A stretch of DNA of 64,000 nucleotides from positions 32,001 through 96,000 of the IMG/VR virus record IMGVR_UViG_3300035696_000017; one strand, 5' to 3'. The notes under the pieces are model-generated. The model did no database searches, had not been told where the DNA came from, and worked only from the letters and a program-made list of their open reading frames with translations. A program made the translations under genes and the position numbers. Shown in pieces: positions 17,130 through 28,419 of this stretch. The stretch's first letter is position 1. Each line of letters starts with the position of its first letter. Origin of the DNA: a virus.

Positions 17130-17687
17130 TCAGGACGGTTTGGGCGCGGCAGTCTTGCCGAGGGTCTGGATCGCGGTGTCGTACTGGCCAAGCAGCGTCT
17201 TCAACGCTGCCTTCTCGGTGTCTCCAGTCGAGTTGTCGTTCTTCATGTAAGCCGACGCGCTCTTGTCCCAGGCTCCGTACACCGCGTTAGCAACATCGTT
17301 CTGTTGTGACGACAATGTCGGTGGCGGCGCAGGAGCCGGGCTGCCCGAGAAGCCGATGCCCGACAGGTAGCCGACCTGGGTCGTCGTCAACGTGGCGACG
17401 AACTTCTGGATGATCTGCTTGGCCCCGTCGGTCTGTGACTGGACGGTGGGCTGTCCCGTAGAGGGATCGGGCGCAGATCCGTAGGTGGTCGTGCCGCCGC
17501 CCGCGTTGCCGTACGCCGTGGCGCCCATGTCAGTGATGAACAGAGGTGGTTGTTGGCCCGATGTCTTCGCTGGGACCGTGGCGCCCTTGGCTTGTGCTGC
17601 CTTGACCTGATCGAGAAAGGGTGTCAGCTTTGGGTAGAGGTCAGTGAAACCCGTGAACGGGGGAGGTGTGGCCGTGTTGCTCGACAT
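17130..17687 (-). CDS. hypothetical Thr/Pro-rich protein (possible virion protein)
   Basis: 185-aa ORF with GAGG SD. Confidence 0.7.
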   Translation of the reverse strand: MSSNTATPPPFTGFTDLYPKLTPFLDQVKAAQAKGATVPAKTSGQQPPLFITDMGATAYGNAGGGTTTYGSAPDPSTGQPTVQSQTDGAKQIIQKFVATLTTTQVGYLSGIGFSGSPAPAPPPTLSSQQNDVANAVYGAWDKSASAYMKNDNSTGDTEKAALKTLLGQYDTAIQTLGKTAAPKPS

Positions 17688-17736
17688 GCCTCGATCCTAC
17701 TTCGTCGGGACGAGGAGGTCACAGTCCATGACCGCC

Positions 17737-18318
17737 TCAGTTGGCCACGAGCCATGCAACGGGCCACAGGCATGCAAGGTGGAAGAGCTGGTCCATGGTG
17801 ATGCAAAGCAACCCACCGATGGGAGTCATGAAGAAGGCCTTGAAAGCAGCTTCATCATCGTCATAGGTGATCGGCTGATCGACGACCTTGTCCTGCCAAC
17901 CCTTGGGATCGCGCGCTCGCTCCCTTGCTCGACGAAGCCGTTCCTCCGGCGTAAGCACCAGCTTGAACTGGCTCGCCCGACGCAGGTACTTGGCCCACAG
18001 CATCACCGGGATGTAGGTGTCAATGACGAAGTGGGTGCCCCACAGGATGGCCAACGACGTCCAGAACTGCCAACCCAGAACCAGCTCGGCGGTGGGCCCG
18101 TAGTCGAAGACCCCCTCGTGGATGCGGGTCCGGAGCAGGAGTAGCAGAGGCACGTAGATCGCAGCGTAGACCAGGCAATGTCGCGCTCGCACCAGGTGGT
18201 TCTTGGCCTTCGCCAACGCCTCCTTCTCGGACTGGAAGAGCCAGTCGGCCGGGAAGTGCCAGAATGCCAGCAGCACGTAGATTCCACCCAACAGGGCGAG
18301 CAACATCAACAGGTCCAT
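17737..18318 (-). CDS. DUF3307-like membrane protein
   Basis: HFPADWLFQS, HCLVY, THFVID, DQLFH. Confidence 0.8.
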   Translation of the reverse strand: MDLLMLLALLGGIYVLLAFWHFPADWLFQSEKEALAKAKNHLVRARHCLVYAAIYVPLLLLLRTRIHEGVFDYGPTAELVLGWQFWTSLAILWGTHFVIDTYIPVMLWAKYLRRASQFKLVLTPEERLRRARERARDPKGWQDKVVDQPITYDDDEAAFKAFFMTPIGGLLCITMDQLFHLACLWPVAWLVAN

Positions 18319-18638
18319 GGCTCGACCCTACACCCGAGTGCCGTTGCTTTTCACCACGGTGCGGGCTTCCACCCGCTGTGTTCGGGGTGGATTCGAACGT
18401 GCTCGACTGGTCTGGGTGTCTCCCCCAAACCAGATGACCAGCACCTCGTACCCGTTGACGGGTGCAGTCTTCTTCGCGTGTCGACGTGAGATGTCGGGGT
18501 AGTAGGCGATGACCATGCACGGACGCCAGGTATCGACCCAGTCATCCTTGAGGTGACGGCCCTCCTTGTCGAAGCGTGCAACACGCTTTTCAGACAGGCG
18601 GAGAAGCACCCGGCCTGGGACCAGATGCTTCTCCTTGA

Positions 18639-19499
18639 TCATGTCTCCTGCAACGCCTTGACAAACCGCTGCTTGAACAGCTTCGCTGCTCGAGCCCCGA
18701 TCGCCTTGCGTGCCTCCTTGGAGTCGATGATCTCGCCAGCACCCTCGCGGGTGACGTCTTCGACCATCGCGGCGATGACCTTGCCCGTGTCGGTGATGGT
18801 CGCCCCAGGCAGCTTGTCGAGGACATGGTCGAGCCGGGTCTCGGTGACCCACTCGAGAGCGATGGCCTCAGCCTCCTGCAGCACCTGCAGCTTGGCCGGG
18901 TCATCGACCTTGCGAGCCGTTGCGGTCTCCCGTTCGACGTCCCTCTTGTGCTTGCTGATGACGCGGTCAACACCGTTGGTACGGAACTCCATCAGGGGAC
19001 GGAGGACCACACCCTCACGGGGCTGGTCGCCCTCGACGCCGTTCTTGCGAGCCTGCTCGCTGGGTGCATCGCGCTCTGCGTTCAGGGCTTCGATCTCGGC
19101 GGGAACCTTCTTCCAATGGACGAAGTCGAGGCCGAGCCGGCGGGCGACCTGGTCAGCGTTGGGGACGTCGAGCCAGTAGTCACCAATCTTGACGTCGAAC
19201 GCAACGAAGCGCAGCTGCTTGCCGTAGCGCCAGGCCTGCTGTTGCTGCTTGCCACCGTAGGCCTCACCGAAGATGACGACTTCCGTGTGACCAAGGTCGT
19301 TCATGCCCTTGGCCAGGGCCTCGGCGTCGAACAGCTTGACGAAGTTGTCGTGCGACTCACCGCCCGAGTTGAAGTGGAGCTGCCCGTCCTTCCAGGAGAT
19401 GTGTGCCGACGTGCCGTGGATCTTCTCCATGGCGTAGCACTCCCGGAACATCAGGATGGTCTGGTTCTTGTAGAGATTGTCGATGTGCAGGTAGCCCAT
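18639..19499 (-). CDS. RNA ligase (Rnl2-like nucleotidyltransferase domain)
   Basis: Motif I EKIHGTS, III FGEAYG, IIIa FVAFDV, IV EGVVLRP, V ISKHK. Confidence 0.85.
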   Translation of the reverse strand: MGYLHIDNLYKNQTILMFRECYAMEKIHGTSAHISWKDGQLHFNSGGESHDNFVKLFDAEALAKGMNDLGHTEVVIFGEAYGGKQQQQAWRYGKQLRFVAFDVKIGDYWLDVPNADQVARRLGLDFVHWKKVPAEIEALNAERDAPSEQARKNGVEGDQPREGVVLRPLMEFRTNGVDRVISKHKRDVERETATARKVDDPAKLQVLQEAEAIALEWVTETRLDHVLDKLPGATITDTGKVIAAMVEDVTREGAGEIIDSKEARKAIGARAAKLFKQRFVKALQET

Positions 19500-20486
19500 G
19501 TTCGTTCAGGGAATGAAACCCCTCTCCCTCTTGTCTCTGCGTGTGATCAACCAGTGAACGAGCTTCGCCAACTGACGATCACTCATCCCATCAATCCTCT
19601 TCAGACCCAGCCAGAGAGCCAACCGACGAAGACCGCCAGACGGGCCACCCCGCCTGAGCTGGCTCTTCGTGAGCCCTCGCATGACGAAGTCCTTACTGCG
19701 CTTTGCGCGTTGCTTTCAAGTACGTGCCCAGTGCCTTGTGGAGCGCTTCGGCGTCCGTCGGCTGGAGGTCGAAGACGACCGTCCGTGCTGGGTTGAACCT
19801 GGGTTGCAGAGAGAAGGTGAACTCGCCGTCCGTCCCCGTCTGCCCGGGATCGATGAGCGCCATCTTGACCGTCTTGACGTTGTCCGACATGGAGACCATC
19901 CTACACCCTCGGGTGTGCCTTTGCACCCTCACCACAGGTCCCAACTCGACAGCGAAGGTGCATTGAAGCCCTCATCCCACCAGCGGTCAGGATCATGGAC
20001 CATCTGGCGAGTGACGTGGTTCAAGGCTCGACGGTGTCGACGGTTGGCATTCCGCTTGTCGTCGCGGAGGCTCTTGGCACCGATGCAGGCATAGCGTTTG
20101 ACGCGGCTGCAGTTTCCCTGCACCGCGGGCAGTGTTGCGATCATTCTCTAGGCTCCTTTCGTGAACCTAAAGCATGTCAGCCTCCATCCTCATGTCGAGT
20201 ACCTATTCGTGTGGGTAGCCCTCGAACACGGGCCTTTCGCCCTCTTCTTCGAACCTGTCGGCAGCCCAGTTCCAGTGCCGCCTGTCGGTGAGGTTCAACT
20301 CGAACATCCAGTCACCCCGGGCAAGGTAGACACGGAGCCCAGCGTGATCACCCCGAGTGTTGAAGCTGAAGTGGATGTCAGCCGACCGGATCGGGTGCCT
20401 GAGCAACCCTCCACCGATCTCCAACGATTTGTTGAGGATGGGTCCGACAGTGACGTACGCAGTGCCGTCATGAGTGTGGGCGCGGA

Positions 20487-21485
20487 TCACTTGGCGTCCT
20501 CGCAGCAACGGGTGCCCGTCTCGTACCAGCCGAACCACTCGTTGTGGCCGTCGGTGATCGCCCGGCACTGGTTGCGAACCCCGAAGACGTGGCCGCTCAT
20601 CAACCCGCTCCGGAAGGGCGCCTTCTTCGAGTGCTCGGGGATCGCGGTGTTGTCGATGAGTTCGTCGATGTTACCCACCATGTCATGGACGCCGAAGGGG
20701 CTGACGCAAGCGGGCATTGACCCAGCCGGGACCAGCAGGTCCTGGAGGATGCTACTGACGCGATCGCCAGGTTTCTTGGCATCGAAGACGCTGATCTTGT
20801 GGCCGGGGCGCAGCGGGTCTTCTGGGATCGGGTTGTCGAAGTTGCAGGCCGTCCTGTCGCGGGTGTAGCCCGGGTGCTCTCCCGGTCCCGCGTACGGGTA
20901 GGGCTGCATGTCGGGGCCTTCGCAGGAAAACGTCCATTCCTCTTTGGTGCAGAGGCGCTTGCCCTGTGCGGCGCAGGCGTTCTTCGCGCTGTACCAGTCC
21001 ATCCACGACTGGGGCCGTTGCCCCTCGACGTTGGGGTACTCGTAGGTGTCGACGCAGAAGTGCATGTGGGGCCGCTTGGCGACGGGGGTCAGGCACGTCG
21101 ACGGGTACTTCCACTCACCACACCGGCCCGTTGGGAACTTCTTGCTGGGCCTGGCCGCTTCCGACCGGTTGCCCTTGTAGTCGACCCAGTACAGGCACGT
21201 CTCCTGGACGTTGGGGCAGTAGGTGCCCTCGATTTCGATCATGCCCGCTGGGCAGGCGCCGTTCGAGGGAACGGGCGCAGTGACGGCATCGACGATGCTC
21301 TGGGCAAGGTCGGCATCGTGTTGCAAGTCGAGGACTGGTGTCGCTGGCGCAGCGGGAGGCGTCTCCCGGTGGAAGGACGTCATCGTCCGCCCGGGTGGGG
21401 TCTGGGCGATGTCGTGGTGGTTGTTGGTGCAGGCGATTGCGATGGCGGCGAGGGCGATGGGTATCGCCGCAGTCACTCGTCTCAT
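20487..21485 (-). CDS. formylglycine-generating-enzyme (SUMF1)-like domain lipoprotein
   Basis: CPAGMIEI, FCVDTYEYP, GKRLCTKEEWTFSC, SPFGVHDMVGNIDE, GTRCC. Confidence 0.85.
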   Translation of the reverse strand: MRRVTAAIPIALAAIAIACTNNHHDIAQTPPGRTMTSFHRETPPAAPATPVLDLQHDADLAQSIVDAVTAPVPSNGACPAGMIEIEGTYCPNVQETCLYWVDYKGNRSEAARPSKKFPTGRCGEWKYPSTCLTPVAKRPHMHFCVDTYEYPNVEGQRPQSWMDWYSAKNACAAQGKRLCTKEEWTFSCEGPDMQPYPYAGPGEHPGYTRDRTACNFDNPIPEDPLRPGHKISVFDAKKPGDRVSSILQDLLVPAGSMPACVSPFGVHDMVGNIDELIDNTAIPEHSKKAPFRSGLMSGHVFGVRNQCRAITDGHNEWFGWYETGTRCCEDAK

Positions 21486-21539
21486 GTGAGGGACCTCTAC
21501 TGCTGATCCTCCTACAGGAGGGGCTCGTTTTTCACCGTC

Positions 21540-21782
21540 TCAGTCGCGGTCGGCTTTCGCGCCGTTCGCAACGTCCTGTGGGACCCGGCTGTCCGGGACG
21601 ATGTGGTCGGTGCCGCAGACGCTGCACTTCACGTAGTACTTCTGCTCTCCGTTGTCCCCGGCGTAGTAGCACGCGTTGAAGGTGCCGATCCGGACGTCAG
21701 AGGCCTCAGCCTCGAGCTCAGTCTGGCAGCCCTTACACGTGAACTTGTGCTTCCACGGAGGCCGTGCTTTCACGACTTTCAT
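21540..21782 (-). CDS. zinc-ribbon protein
   Basis: CKGC...CSVC. Confidence 0.65.
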   Translation of the reverse strand: MKVVKARPPWKHKFTCKGCQTELEAEASDVRIGTFNACYYAGDNGEQKYYVKCSVCGTDHIVPDSRVPQDVANGAKADRD

Positions 21783-22311
21783 GTCAGTCTCCCCAGTCTG
21801 CCCCGCAGTCGGGGCACGAACACCGCGCCTTGTTGGGGTGGGAGCAGAACTGCTGGACGGTCTTTAACAACTCCTGGGTGATCCGAGCGTCAGCCTGGAG
21901 GCCTCGGAGGTGCTTGTACAGCATCTCGTGGGTCTCCTTGACCTGCTCCTGCGTCAGCGGGAACGTGACCTGGGGGATCGCCATCACTCCTCCTTCTTGC
22001 CGCTCTTGGAGCAGTGCTCCCAGTGGAAGCCGCTGTCGCGGCCGCACTCCTTGCACCACAGTGTGGGCCGGCCCATCATGTCGTTGGCGACACGGAAGCC
22101 AGCTGCGGCGACGGCCTGCTCGATGGGGGACCTCGGCGGCGCGTCAGGGTTGCCACCCAAGGCCTTGATCAGGCTGGGCAGCCCCTCGAGGTTCTTCTTG
22201 CGCGCCTCGTAGGCCTCCTTGTTCAGCCTCTCGTTGCGAGCGAGGTGCTCCAAGTGTTCCTCGAGCGAGGCGCAGCACTTCCACTTGGCGAGGCTCTCTT
22301 CGGGGGTCATC

Positions 22312-23751
22312 TCAGTCCTCGTTCTTGTCGCGGGTGACCGCATCGAGGCGCTCCTGGCGCTCGGCAGCGCTGAGGCCCTTCCACCACTTGTACGTGGCGG
22401 TGATGCTCTTGTCGACGTCGCCCGCCGGGCGGATCCGGCAGTAGACCGGGAACCGCATCTTGCCGTCCACAGTGAGGCCGTCCTTCGTCAGCGGGTCGGG
22501 CTGTGCCTCGCACTCGGCGACCTTGCCGTTCCAGGAATCGGGATCGTCCTGCTGGATCTGGGCGCGAAGAGCGTCGTTGAAGCCGCCGCCGACCCGGGTG
22601 ATGACCTGGTTGGGGAGCAGCACGTAGAAGCCACCGAACTGTCCCTCGCGCTTGGTGTTCTTGCGGCCCAGGTACGAGCCAACGATGACGCCCTCGTAGG
22701 TGACGCAGGGCTTCAGCTTCAGGATGTTCTTGGAGCGATCCCAGACGTAGGGAGTGTCGAGCGTCTTCAGCATGACGCCCTCGTAGCCGTCGCTCATGCA
22801 CTTCGAGAAGAAGGCCTTGAGCTCCTCCTCGTTCTTGGCGTTGATGTGGGGCACCTGCCGGACCCGAGCGGGCTCGTTGTCGAAGGAGACGCAGGCCAGC
22901 ACCACCTCGTGGACCAGCTTGACGCGGTCGCGGTAGAGCGTCTTGCCTTCCTGCGCCACCCACTCGTTGAGGGGCATCGCATCGAAGACGTTGTAGTAGA
23001 GGTTCGAGTCGTCCTTCTGCGTCTTGGACATCATGACGCTGGCGCTCTCGTTCCAGTCGGCCGCCATGCCCTCGCCGTCCAGGACGACGTTGTCGTACTT
23101 GGCACCCTCGAGGACCGCCTTGATCTTCGGCATCGACTCGAGGACGGTGCCGTTGCGGGTGTAGAAGGTGACCACGCCGTCCTTCTTGACGGCGATGCAC
23201 CGCAGCCCGTCGAGCTTCGGCTCGACCCGGACCGGGTAGTTGACCTTGTCGAGGATCTTGATGCCCTCGCCGCGGGTGAAGCTGCTGTTCAACGTCTTGG
23301 CCAGGGCGACCTCGAACCCCTTGATGAGGTTGGGCCACACCTTGTTGACGCTCTCCTGGACACCGGCACGGAGGTTCTTCAGCAGGATGCGCTGGCACCA
23401 CTTCTGCTGGAGCTCGGTCATCACGGCGAAACGCCTTTGGACAGCGTCCTTGGCAGCGTTGCCCGTCGTCTCACGGCGGGAGAGCGGGCCGAGAAAGTCC
23501 AGGAACTTCTCGATGAGGAGGTCGTCTGCCATGCCGTTCTTCCACCCAATCGGGGCGGTGGCCCAGGTCGCGCTGAGCGCCTTGGGCATCTTGAACTTGC
23601 TGACGTAGTAGACCGTGTACGGGTCCTGTGCCGCGACGAAGACCCGCTTCAGGAGGTCGTTCTTGCGAGCTGCCTCCATGATGTCGATCTTGGCAAGCTT
23701 GCCGGAGGTGGACTCGAGCTCTTCGAGGATGTCGATGACCGTTCGTGCCAT
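22312..23751 (-). CDS. ATP-dependent DNA ligase
   Basis: EPKLDGLRC, YTRNG, VLDGE, YNVFD, EGVMLK, LKLKP, OB fold VGGGF..RFPVY. Confidence 0.95.
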   Translation of the reverse strand: MARTVIDILEELESTSGKLAKIDIMEAARKNDLLKRVFVAAQDPYTVYYVSKFKMPKALSATWATAPIGWKNGMADDLLIEKFLDFLGPLSRRETTGNAAKDAVQRRFAVMTELQQKWCQRILLKNLRAGVQESVNKVWPNLIKGFEVALAKTLNSSFTRGEGIKILDKVNYPVRVEPKLDGLRCIAVKKDGVVTFYTRNGTVLESMPKIKAVLEGAKYDNVVLDGEGMAADWNESASVMMSKTQKDDSNLYYNVFDAMPLNEWVAQEGKTLYRDRVKLVHEVVLACVSFDNEPARVRQVPHINAKNEEELKAFFSKCMSDGYEGVMLKTLDTPYVWDRSKNILKLKPCVTYEGVIVGSYLGRKNTKREGQFGGFYVLLPNQVITRVGGGFNDALRAQIQQDDPDSWNGKVAECEAQPDPLTKDGLTVDGKMRFPVYCRIRPAGDVDKSITATYKWWKGLSAAERQERLDAVTRDKNED

Positions 23752-23787
23752 GGTTCTAGTCTACCTCAGGTGAGGTCCCGCTTTCAC
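23752..23787 (-). promoter_or_regulatory. example class A promoter giving a leaderless transcript (GTGAAA-N18-TAGACT-N6-ATG)
   Basis: The same spacing recurs upstream of many genes (see findings). Confidence 0.75.
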
Positions 23788-24230
23788 TGTTTCACGAAGT
23801 CCACGGGCAGCACGACAGCAATGGTCGAGCCACAGCTCCCACAGTTGCGCATCTCTAGGTCTGGGATGCCGTACTCTTTGGGAACCTTCTGGACCCCGAC
23901 GTAGTCGAGGGTGTCCCACTCCGCCTCCGAGATGTCGTGGCCGCAAGCGCAGTGCTTGGGCCACTTCTCGACGAAGAGCTCGCGTGTTTCCGGGTCGTCC
24001 ATCGCCGACTGCACCACGCTCACTTCGAAGCTTCCTTCTTCCCGAAAGCCTGCATCAGGCCCAAGATCAGGTGGTCGACGTTGAGGCCGCTGATGACCGT
24101 CCGGATCGCCTCGTTGTCGTCGTTCATCTGGACGACCTCGATCTCGCCAGTCTTCTGGTTCGCGTAGACCTGCAGCGTGGAGTTGGGACCGTCGAAGGAG
24201 AAGACCTCCTCCCACGGCTCTCGCTGGTAC

Positions 24231-24473
24231 TCACTGAGCTGGATCACGTTTGACATTGGCGAGCTTCTCCTCGATTTCGTCCTCATCTGCTCCAAATGCG
24301 ATGCTGAGAGTCTTGGCCAGCTCCAGCACCTGCTTCATCGACAGCAACGCGGGCTTGCCGTCGCCTGTTACGAACCTGACACGTCCCTTCGACGAGATGC
24401 TGACCCAGAGGTTGCCCCCGATGAAGACGTCTTGAACCCAACGCTCGTCGAACAACTGAACCACGTTGGCCAT
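24231..24473 (-). CDS. hypothetical protein, leaderless
   Basis: Class A promoter directly upstream. Confidence 0.65.
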   Translation of the reverse strand: MANVVQLFDERWVQDVFIGGNLWVSISSKGRVRFVTGDGKPALLSMKQVLELAKTLSIAFGADEDEIEEKLANVKRDPAQ

Positions 24474-25474
24474 GACCCAATCCTATCCCGGGCACCAGCC
24501 CGTTTGCACCTCAGCGGACGGTGGACACACCCTCTCGTGCTTCATACAGGATGGTCCCCGCGCGGATGGCGTTGGTCGCTTCCTCGAGGGTAGCGCCCTC
24601 GCCGACAAGCTTGTCCAACGCCTCGATCTCAGAGACGTGACCGAGCAGGTTCGCTGCCCGCTGGATCATCTTATCGATCCTCGGTTCCCACTCGATGTGA
24701 GCCTGAACGTTCGGGCTGATGGGCGGGATGTTGGTGAAGTCACGCATGGTCTGTTGCTTTCTTGAGGCTGATTTTGAACGATTCCCAGTGCTCGTCACAG
24801 GCCCATGTCTCGTCGACGGCCACCTTGGTCTGCACTCCAGACAGGCAGACGGGTCGAGCGTTGTAGAAACGCTGCTGTGCAGGTTTCCCGCAGGTGTACC
24901 CATTGTGGTGGCACGGGTGGGGACCGTCTCCAGAGTGCCCACATCTACAAGTCGACATGTTGTCACTCTACTTCAGTTCGTTGGGTTCTTACACCCGTCT
25001 GATCAGGTGCCAGTACCTGGACAGCTCGGCGAGAGACACGTAGAAAACTTGGCCACCCTCGTGAAGGTAGTGTAGCTTGCCACAACCCGTGCCTTCGTTG
25101 ATGAGGGTCAACCGAGCCTGACACCAGGTGTAGTTCCTGTTCGCTGGGTACCGCGAGTAGATCGCACCCAAGATGATCGGGACTGTCCCGGGTTCGACGT
25201 AGTGGGTGGCCATGTGACCCTCAGGAAAGCGCCGTGATGTCACCGGTGTGGACTGCCCCGAAGGGCACGAAGAAAAAGCCTGTGCCCTCGGAGGGCAGGA
25301 GCAGGTAGCCCTGTGCCGTCTCATCTGTCTGCGGGTCTGCCCGGAACCTGCGCTCCCGGGTCTCAACGGTACCGGGGGTGCCAGAAGCACGGGTGAAAGA
25401 CCAGGTGCCGACGATGACTCCGAGGCCCGAACCGGACACCTCACACAGGGTCCCGAGAGCGAGCCGGTCAGCTC

Positions 25475-25930
25475 TCACGTATGCATGACCAGCCGCAGGT
25501 CGTGGATGATGCACCTGCCGATGTTCGGGATGATGAAGGTGTGCTTCGGCACCTCCATGTCGACCAGCTGTCGGTTCGACCTGACCCGCTCGACGACCCT
25601 CACGGTACCGGCATAGATCATACACGCGCCCACCGGCACCACGATCAGCTCCCTGCGGTACGCCTCGCGGAGCGTCGGGAACGGGTAATTGGGACGCTCC
25701 TTGTCGATCTTGGACATCGGCAGCCGCGCCGCCATCAGTGCCCCGATGGTCAGCTTCTCTTTGAAGGAGCTGGTGAACACGCCAGGGCTTCGGTAACGAA
25801 GCGGCTTCTCCCGACGCCCCAGCCCATAGCCCGCATCCGGGTCCTTCCACGTGATGACGGGCTTGGGTTCCTTGGACGCGTGCCTTCGCCGGTTCGGGTT
25901 GCCGGATGAGTGAGGGGGTCGCCATGCCAT
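25475..25930 (-). CDS. hypothetical protein
   Basis: Class A promoter upstream. Confidence 0.6.
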   Translation of the reverse strand: MAWRPPHSSGNPNRRRHASKEPKPVITWKDPDAGYGLGRREKPLRYRSPGVFTSSFKEKLTIGALMAARLPMSKIDKERPNYPFPTLREAYRRELIVVPVGACMIYAGTVRVVERVRSNRQLVDMEVPKHTFIIPNIGRCIIHDLRLVMHT

Positions 25931-26133
25931 TGGTTACAGTGTACCACCTTGGGCCACCCGTTTGCACTGCTTAACGAAACAAGGCCGGCACCCACGGGTT
26001 AGTCCCAGTCGACCACGATTCAAGGTCACTGGGGCATCGCTCGGTCCGGCCAGGTTACCAGAGGGAATGCGGGTCCCTCGTTCACCTTCATTCAAGCATT
26101 GGTGTCCCCCATCGCCGCTGGGGACGTCACACT

Positions 26134-26589
26134 TCAAGTGTTGGGGGCCTGTGCGGTGGGCTTCGCCCTCTTCCCGAACTTCTCGCCTGCGCTCTCGAAG
26201 TTGGCGATCAGCGGCGCGATGTACGCATTCCAGACCTGGTCGAACACGAGCTGCTTGCGAGCGTTGAGCTCCTGACGGCTCGGGGTCTTCTTACCAACAC
26301 CCAGACGGGTCTTGGCAAGCAACTCCTTGGCGTCAGCGCGCTTTCCTTTCGGGCTTCCCACCTCCTTCTTCATTGCTTTGCGCCACATCTTCCTGAACTT
26401 TCGTTTCAGTTGACGTTGCTCGTCGGGCGACAGCTGCTTGAGGGCGCGCTCCATGTCGAGCGTAGTGCTCTCCATCGGCAGGATCCCGAGCTCGAACATG
26501 ACGGCGTGGATGAACGCTCGGTCAACGTCTCTCAGGTTCTTCCTAGGCTTCACTGTCGGTGCCACCGAGCGGTCCTCCGTGTCCATCAA
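26134..26589 (-). CDS. basic hypothetical protein
   Basis: K/R-rich ORF. Confidence 0.65.
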   Translation of the reverse strand: MMDTEDRSVAPTVKPRKNLRDVDRAFIHAVMFELGILPMESTTLDMERALKQLSPDEQRQLKRKFRKMWRKAMKKEVGSPKGKRADAKELLAKTRLGVGKKTPSRQELNARKQLVFDQVWNAYIAPLIANFESAGEKFGKRAKPTAQAPNT

Positions 26590-27106
26590 CCTGCAACGCC
26601 CACTTCATGTACGTCTTGATGTACGTAGCACGGGCGCGGTCAAAAAGCTTCTTGTCGATCCTGATGCCGAGGCGTCCTGCGAGCTTCCGTCCCCTGTCCC
26701 ACGCTTCGAACTCTTCATCAACAACGTCGATGCGGTGAACCAGGGTCTTCTTCTCGTTGGGCTCGTCAGCATTGTACCCCATGCCGTAGCGTTGGTCCTT
26801 CTCACGTTCCCCGATGAGGATATGTCCACACTCGTGTGCCAGGTTGTAGACTTGGTTCTCTGGGGAGAGGTGACAGTTGATCAGGATCGACTTTTCTTCG
26901 GAATCGACTTCACCTCCGACCGCTGTCTTCCCAAACCTGACGCTGTAGCCCTGGGCCTTGGCCCACTCAACGAACGCAGCGATGCCGTTGATGAACCTGA
27001 GGTCCCGCTTGTAGCGCCGGTTGGCCTCGGTGCGACGGGCGCGAGGAGCCCTGCGGAGCCTCTCCGCCGCCCGAGACTTCCAGACCTCCAGCGCAAACTC
27101 CGCCAC
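26543..27106 (-). CDS. ImmA/IrrE-like HExxH metallopeptidase
   Basis: LAHECGH..EEFEAW. Confidence 0.75.
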   Translation of the reverse strand: MAEFALEVWKSRAAERLRRAPRARRTEANRRYKRDLRFINGIAAFVEWAKAQGYSVRFGKTAVGGEVDSEEKSILINCHLSPENQVYNLAHECGHILIGEREKDQRYGMGYNADEPNEKKTLVHRIDVVDEEFEAWDRGRKLAGRLGIRIDKKLFDRARATYIKTYMKWALQVDGHGGPLGGTDSEA

Positions 27107-27126
27107 AACCCTTAGGTATCGTTCGA

Positions 27127-28338
27127 CTACTTGGCCCCCTTGGCCCCTTTCGCCGAGCCTTTGAAGATGCCTGGGATGTTCGGGATGATCCCGATCCCTG
27201 CTTCACCCATGGGCACGCCGAAGACGTTGAGGATGTCCTTGGCGCAGTGCTTGTGGATGCTCTTCGCGAGGCCGATCTTGTCGATACCGTGACTCGTCAT
27301 CTTCGACCACAGCGTGATCCGGTGCTCTTCGCCGAGCTCGGTCATGATGGCCGCGATGTTCTTGCCCTGCTGGTCCGTCAGGTTGGTGGTGACGTTCTTG
27401 GTGACGTAGTCCGCCAGCTTCTCGATGAGGCCGTTCCGTCGTTCGTGCGACTGGCGGTCGAACTTCCCGCGGATCGCTGCGGTGTGGAACTTGTTGAGCA
27501 TCTCCTCGCCGGTGATCTGGTTGTCCACTGTCTTGCAGTAGGCGTGGAACGCCGAGGCACACTCGTTGCCGACGAAGCCGCGGCACACGTCCCAGAAGAG
27601 CGGGTCGGCCGGGTTCTCGATGAGGCCGGAGTAGACCAGTGCCTCGTTGACGAACTCCCACCCACGCGGGGTCGGGTGCTGGGTGCCGGTCTCGGCGTTG
27701 GACGGGGGCAGCAGCCACTTCTCGTTCGCCTCGACGAAGTCCGGGATGAAGTAGTGGAGGTTGCCTCCCTGCTCGGGGTCAGTGTCACGGGCCCAGGCGA
27801 CGAACTCCTTGACGCTGGGGTGCAGGTCCACGACGAAGAAGCGGGACAGCAGCGCCGGGTCCATCTCGTTGACCTGGTACTGCGCGCCGGTGTTGATCGC
27901 GGTGTAGACCCGGGAGAGCGGGTGCATCTTGTTGAGGTCGAGCTCGTGGTCCAGAGCGATCTGGAACGCCGCCTGCATGACCTCGGGCGTCGCGCGGTTC
28001 AGCTCGTCCAGGAAGAGGCAGCACGGCTCGTCGCAGGCCATGCGGTACCAGTTGGGCGGGTTGAAGCGGGTCACCCGTCCGTCGGTGCTGGGGAGGCCGA
28101 TGACGTCGCCCTCGCTGCGCTGACCGAGCCGGATGTCGATGACCGGGTACCCGTTGACCGGGTCCTTGATCGCCTTCTTCTCGAAGAGTTGCTTCCTGAT
28201 CTTGGCACTGATCTGCCTGACCACCTTGCTCTTCCCGACGCCGTGACCCGCTCTGAGCAGGACTGACCGGCTCGGCGGGAGACACAGTGCGACCTTCTTC
28301 AGGGTCGCGATGGACATCGATGTCTCGGTCGCAGCCAT
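27127..28338 (-). CDS. MoxR-like AAA+ ATPase
   Basis: Walker A GHGVGKS, Walker B LFLDELNR, MDPALLSRF, PTPRGW. Confidence 0.92.
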   Translation of the reverse strand: MAATETSMSIATLKKVALCLPPSRSVLLRAGHGVGKSKVVRQISAKIRKQLFEKKAIKDPVNGYPVIDIRLGQRSEGDVIGLPSTDGRVTRFNPPNWYRMACDEPCCLFLDELNRATPEVMQAAFQIALDHELDLNKMHPLSRVYTAINTGAQYQVNEMDPALLSRFFVVDLHPSVKEFVAWARDTDPEQGGNLHYFIPDFVEANEKWLLPPSNAETGTQHPTPRGWEFVNEALVYSGLIENPADPLFWDVCRGFVGNECASAFHAYCKTVDNQITGEEMLNKFHTAAIRGKFDRQSHERRNGLIEKLADYVTKNVTTNLTDQQGKNIAAIMTELGEEHRITLWSKMTSHGIDKIGLAKSIHKHCAKDILNVFGVPMGEAGIGIIPNIPGIFKGSAKGAKGAK

Positions 28339-28419
28339 TCCTTGACTCCTCGTCAGTGGATGATTCCACCTTACCACGGAGGACCCGTGGTTTGCACTGT
28401 GGCTAAGACAAGAGTGAAG

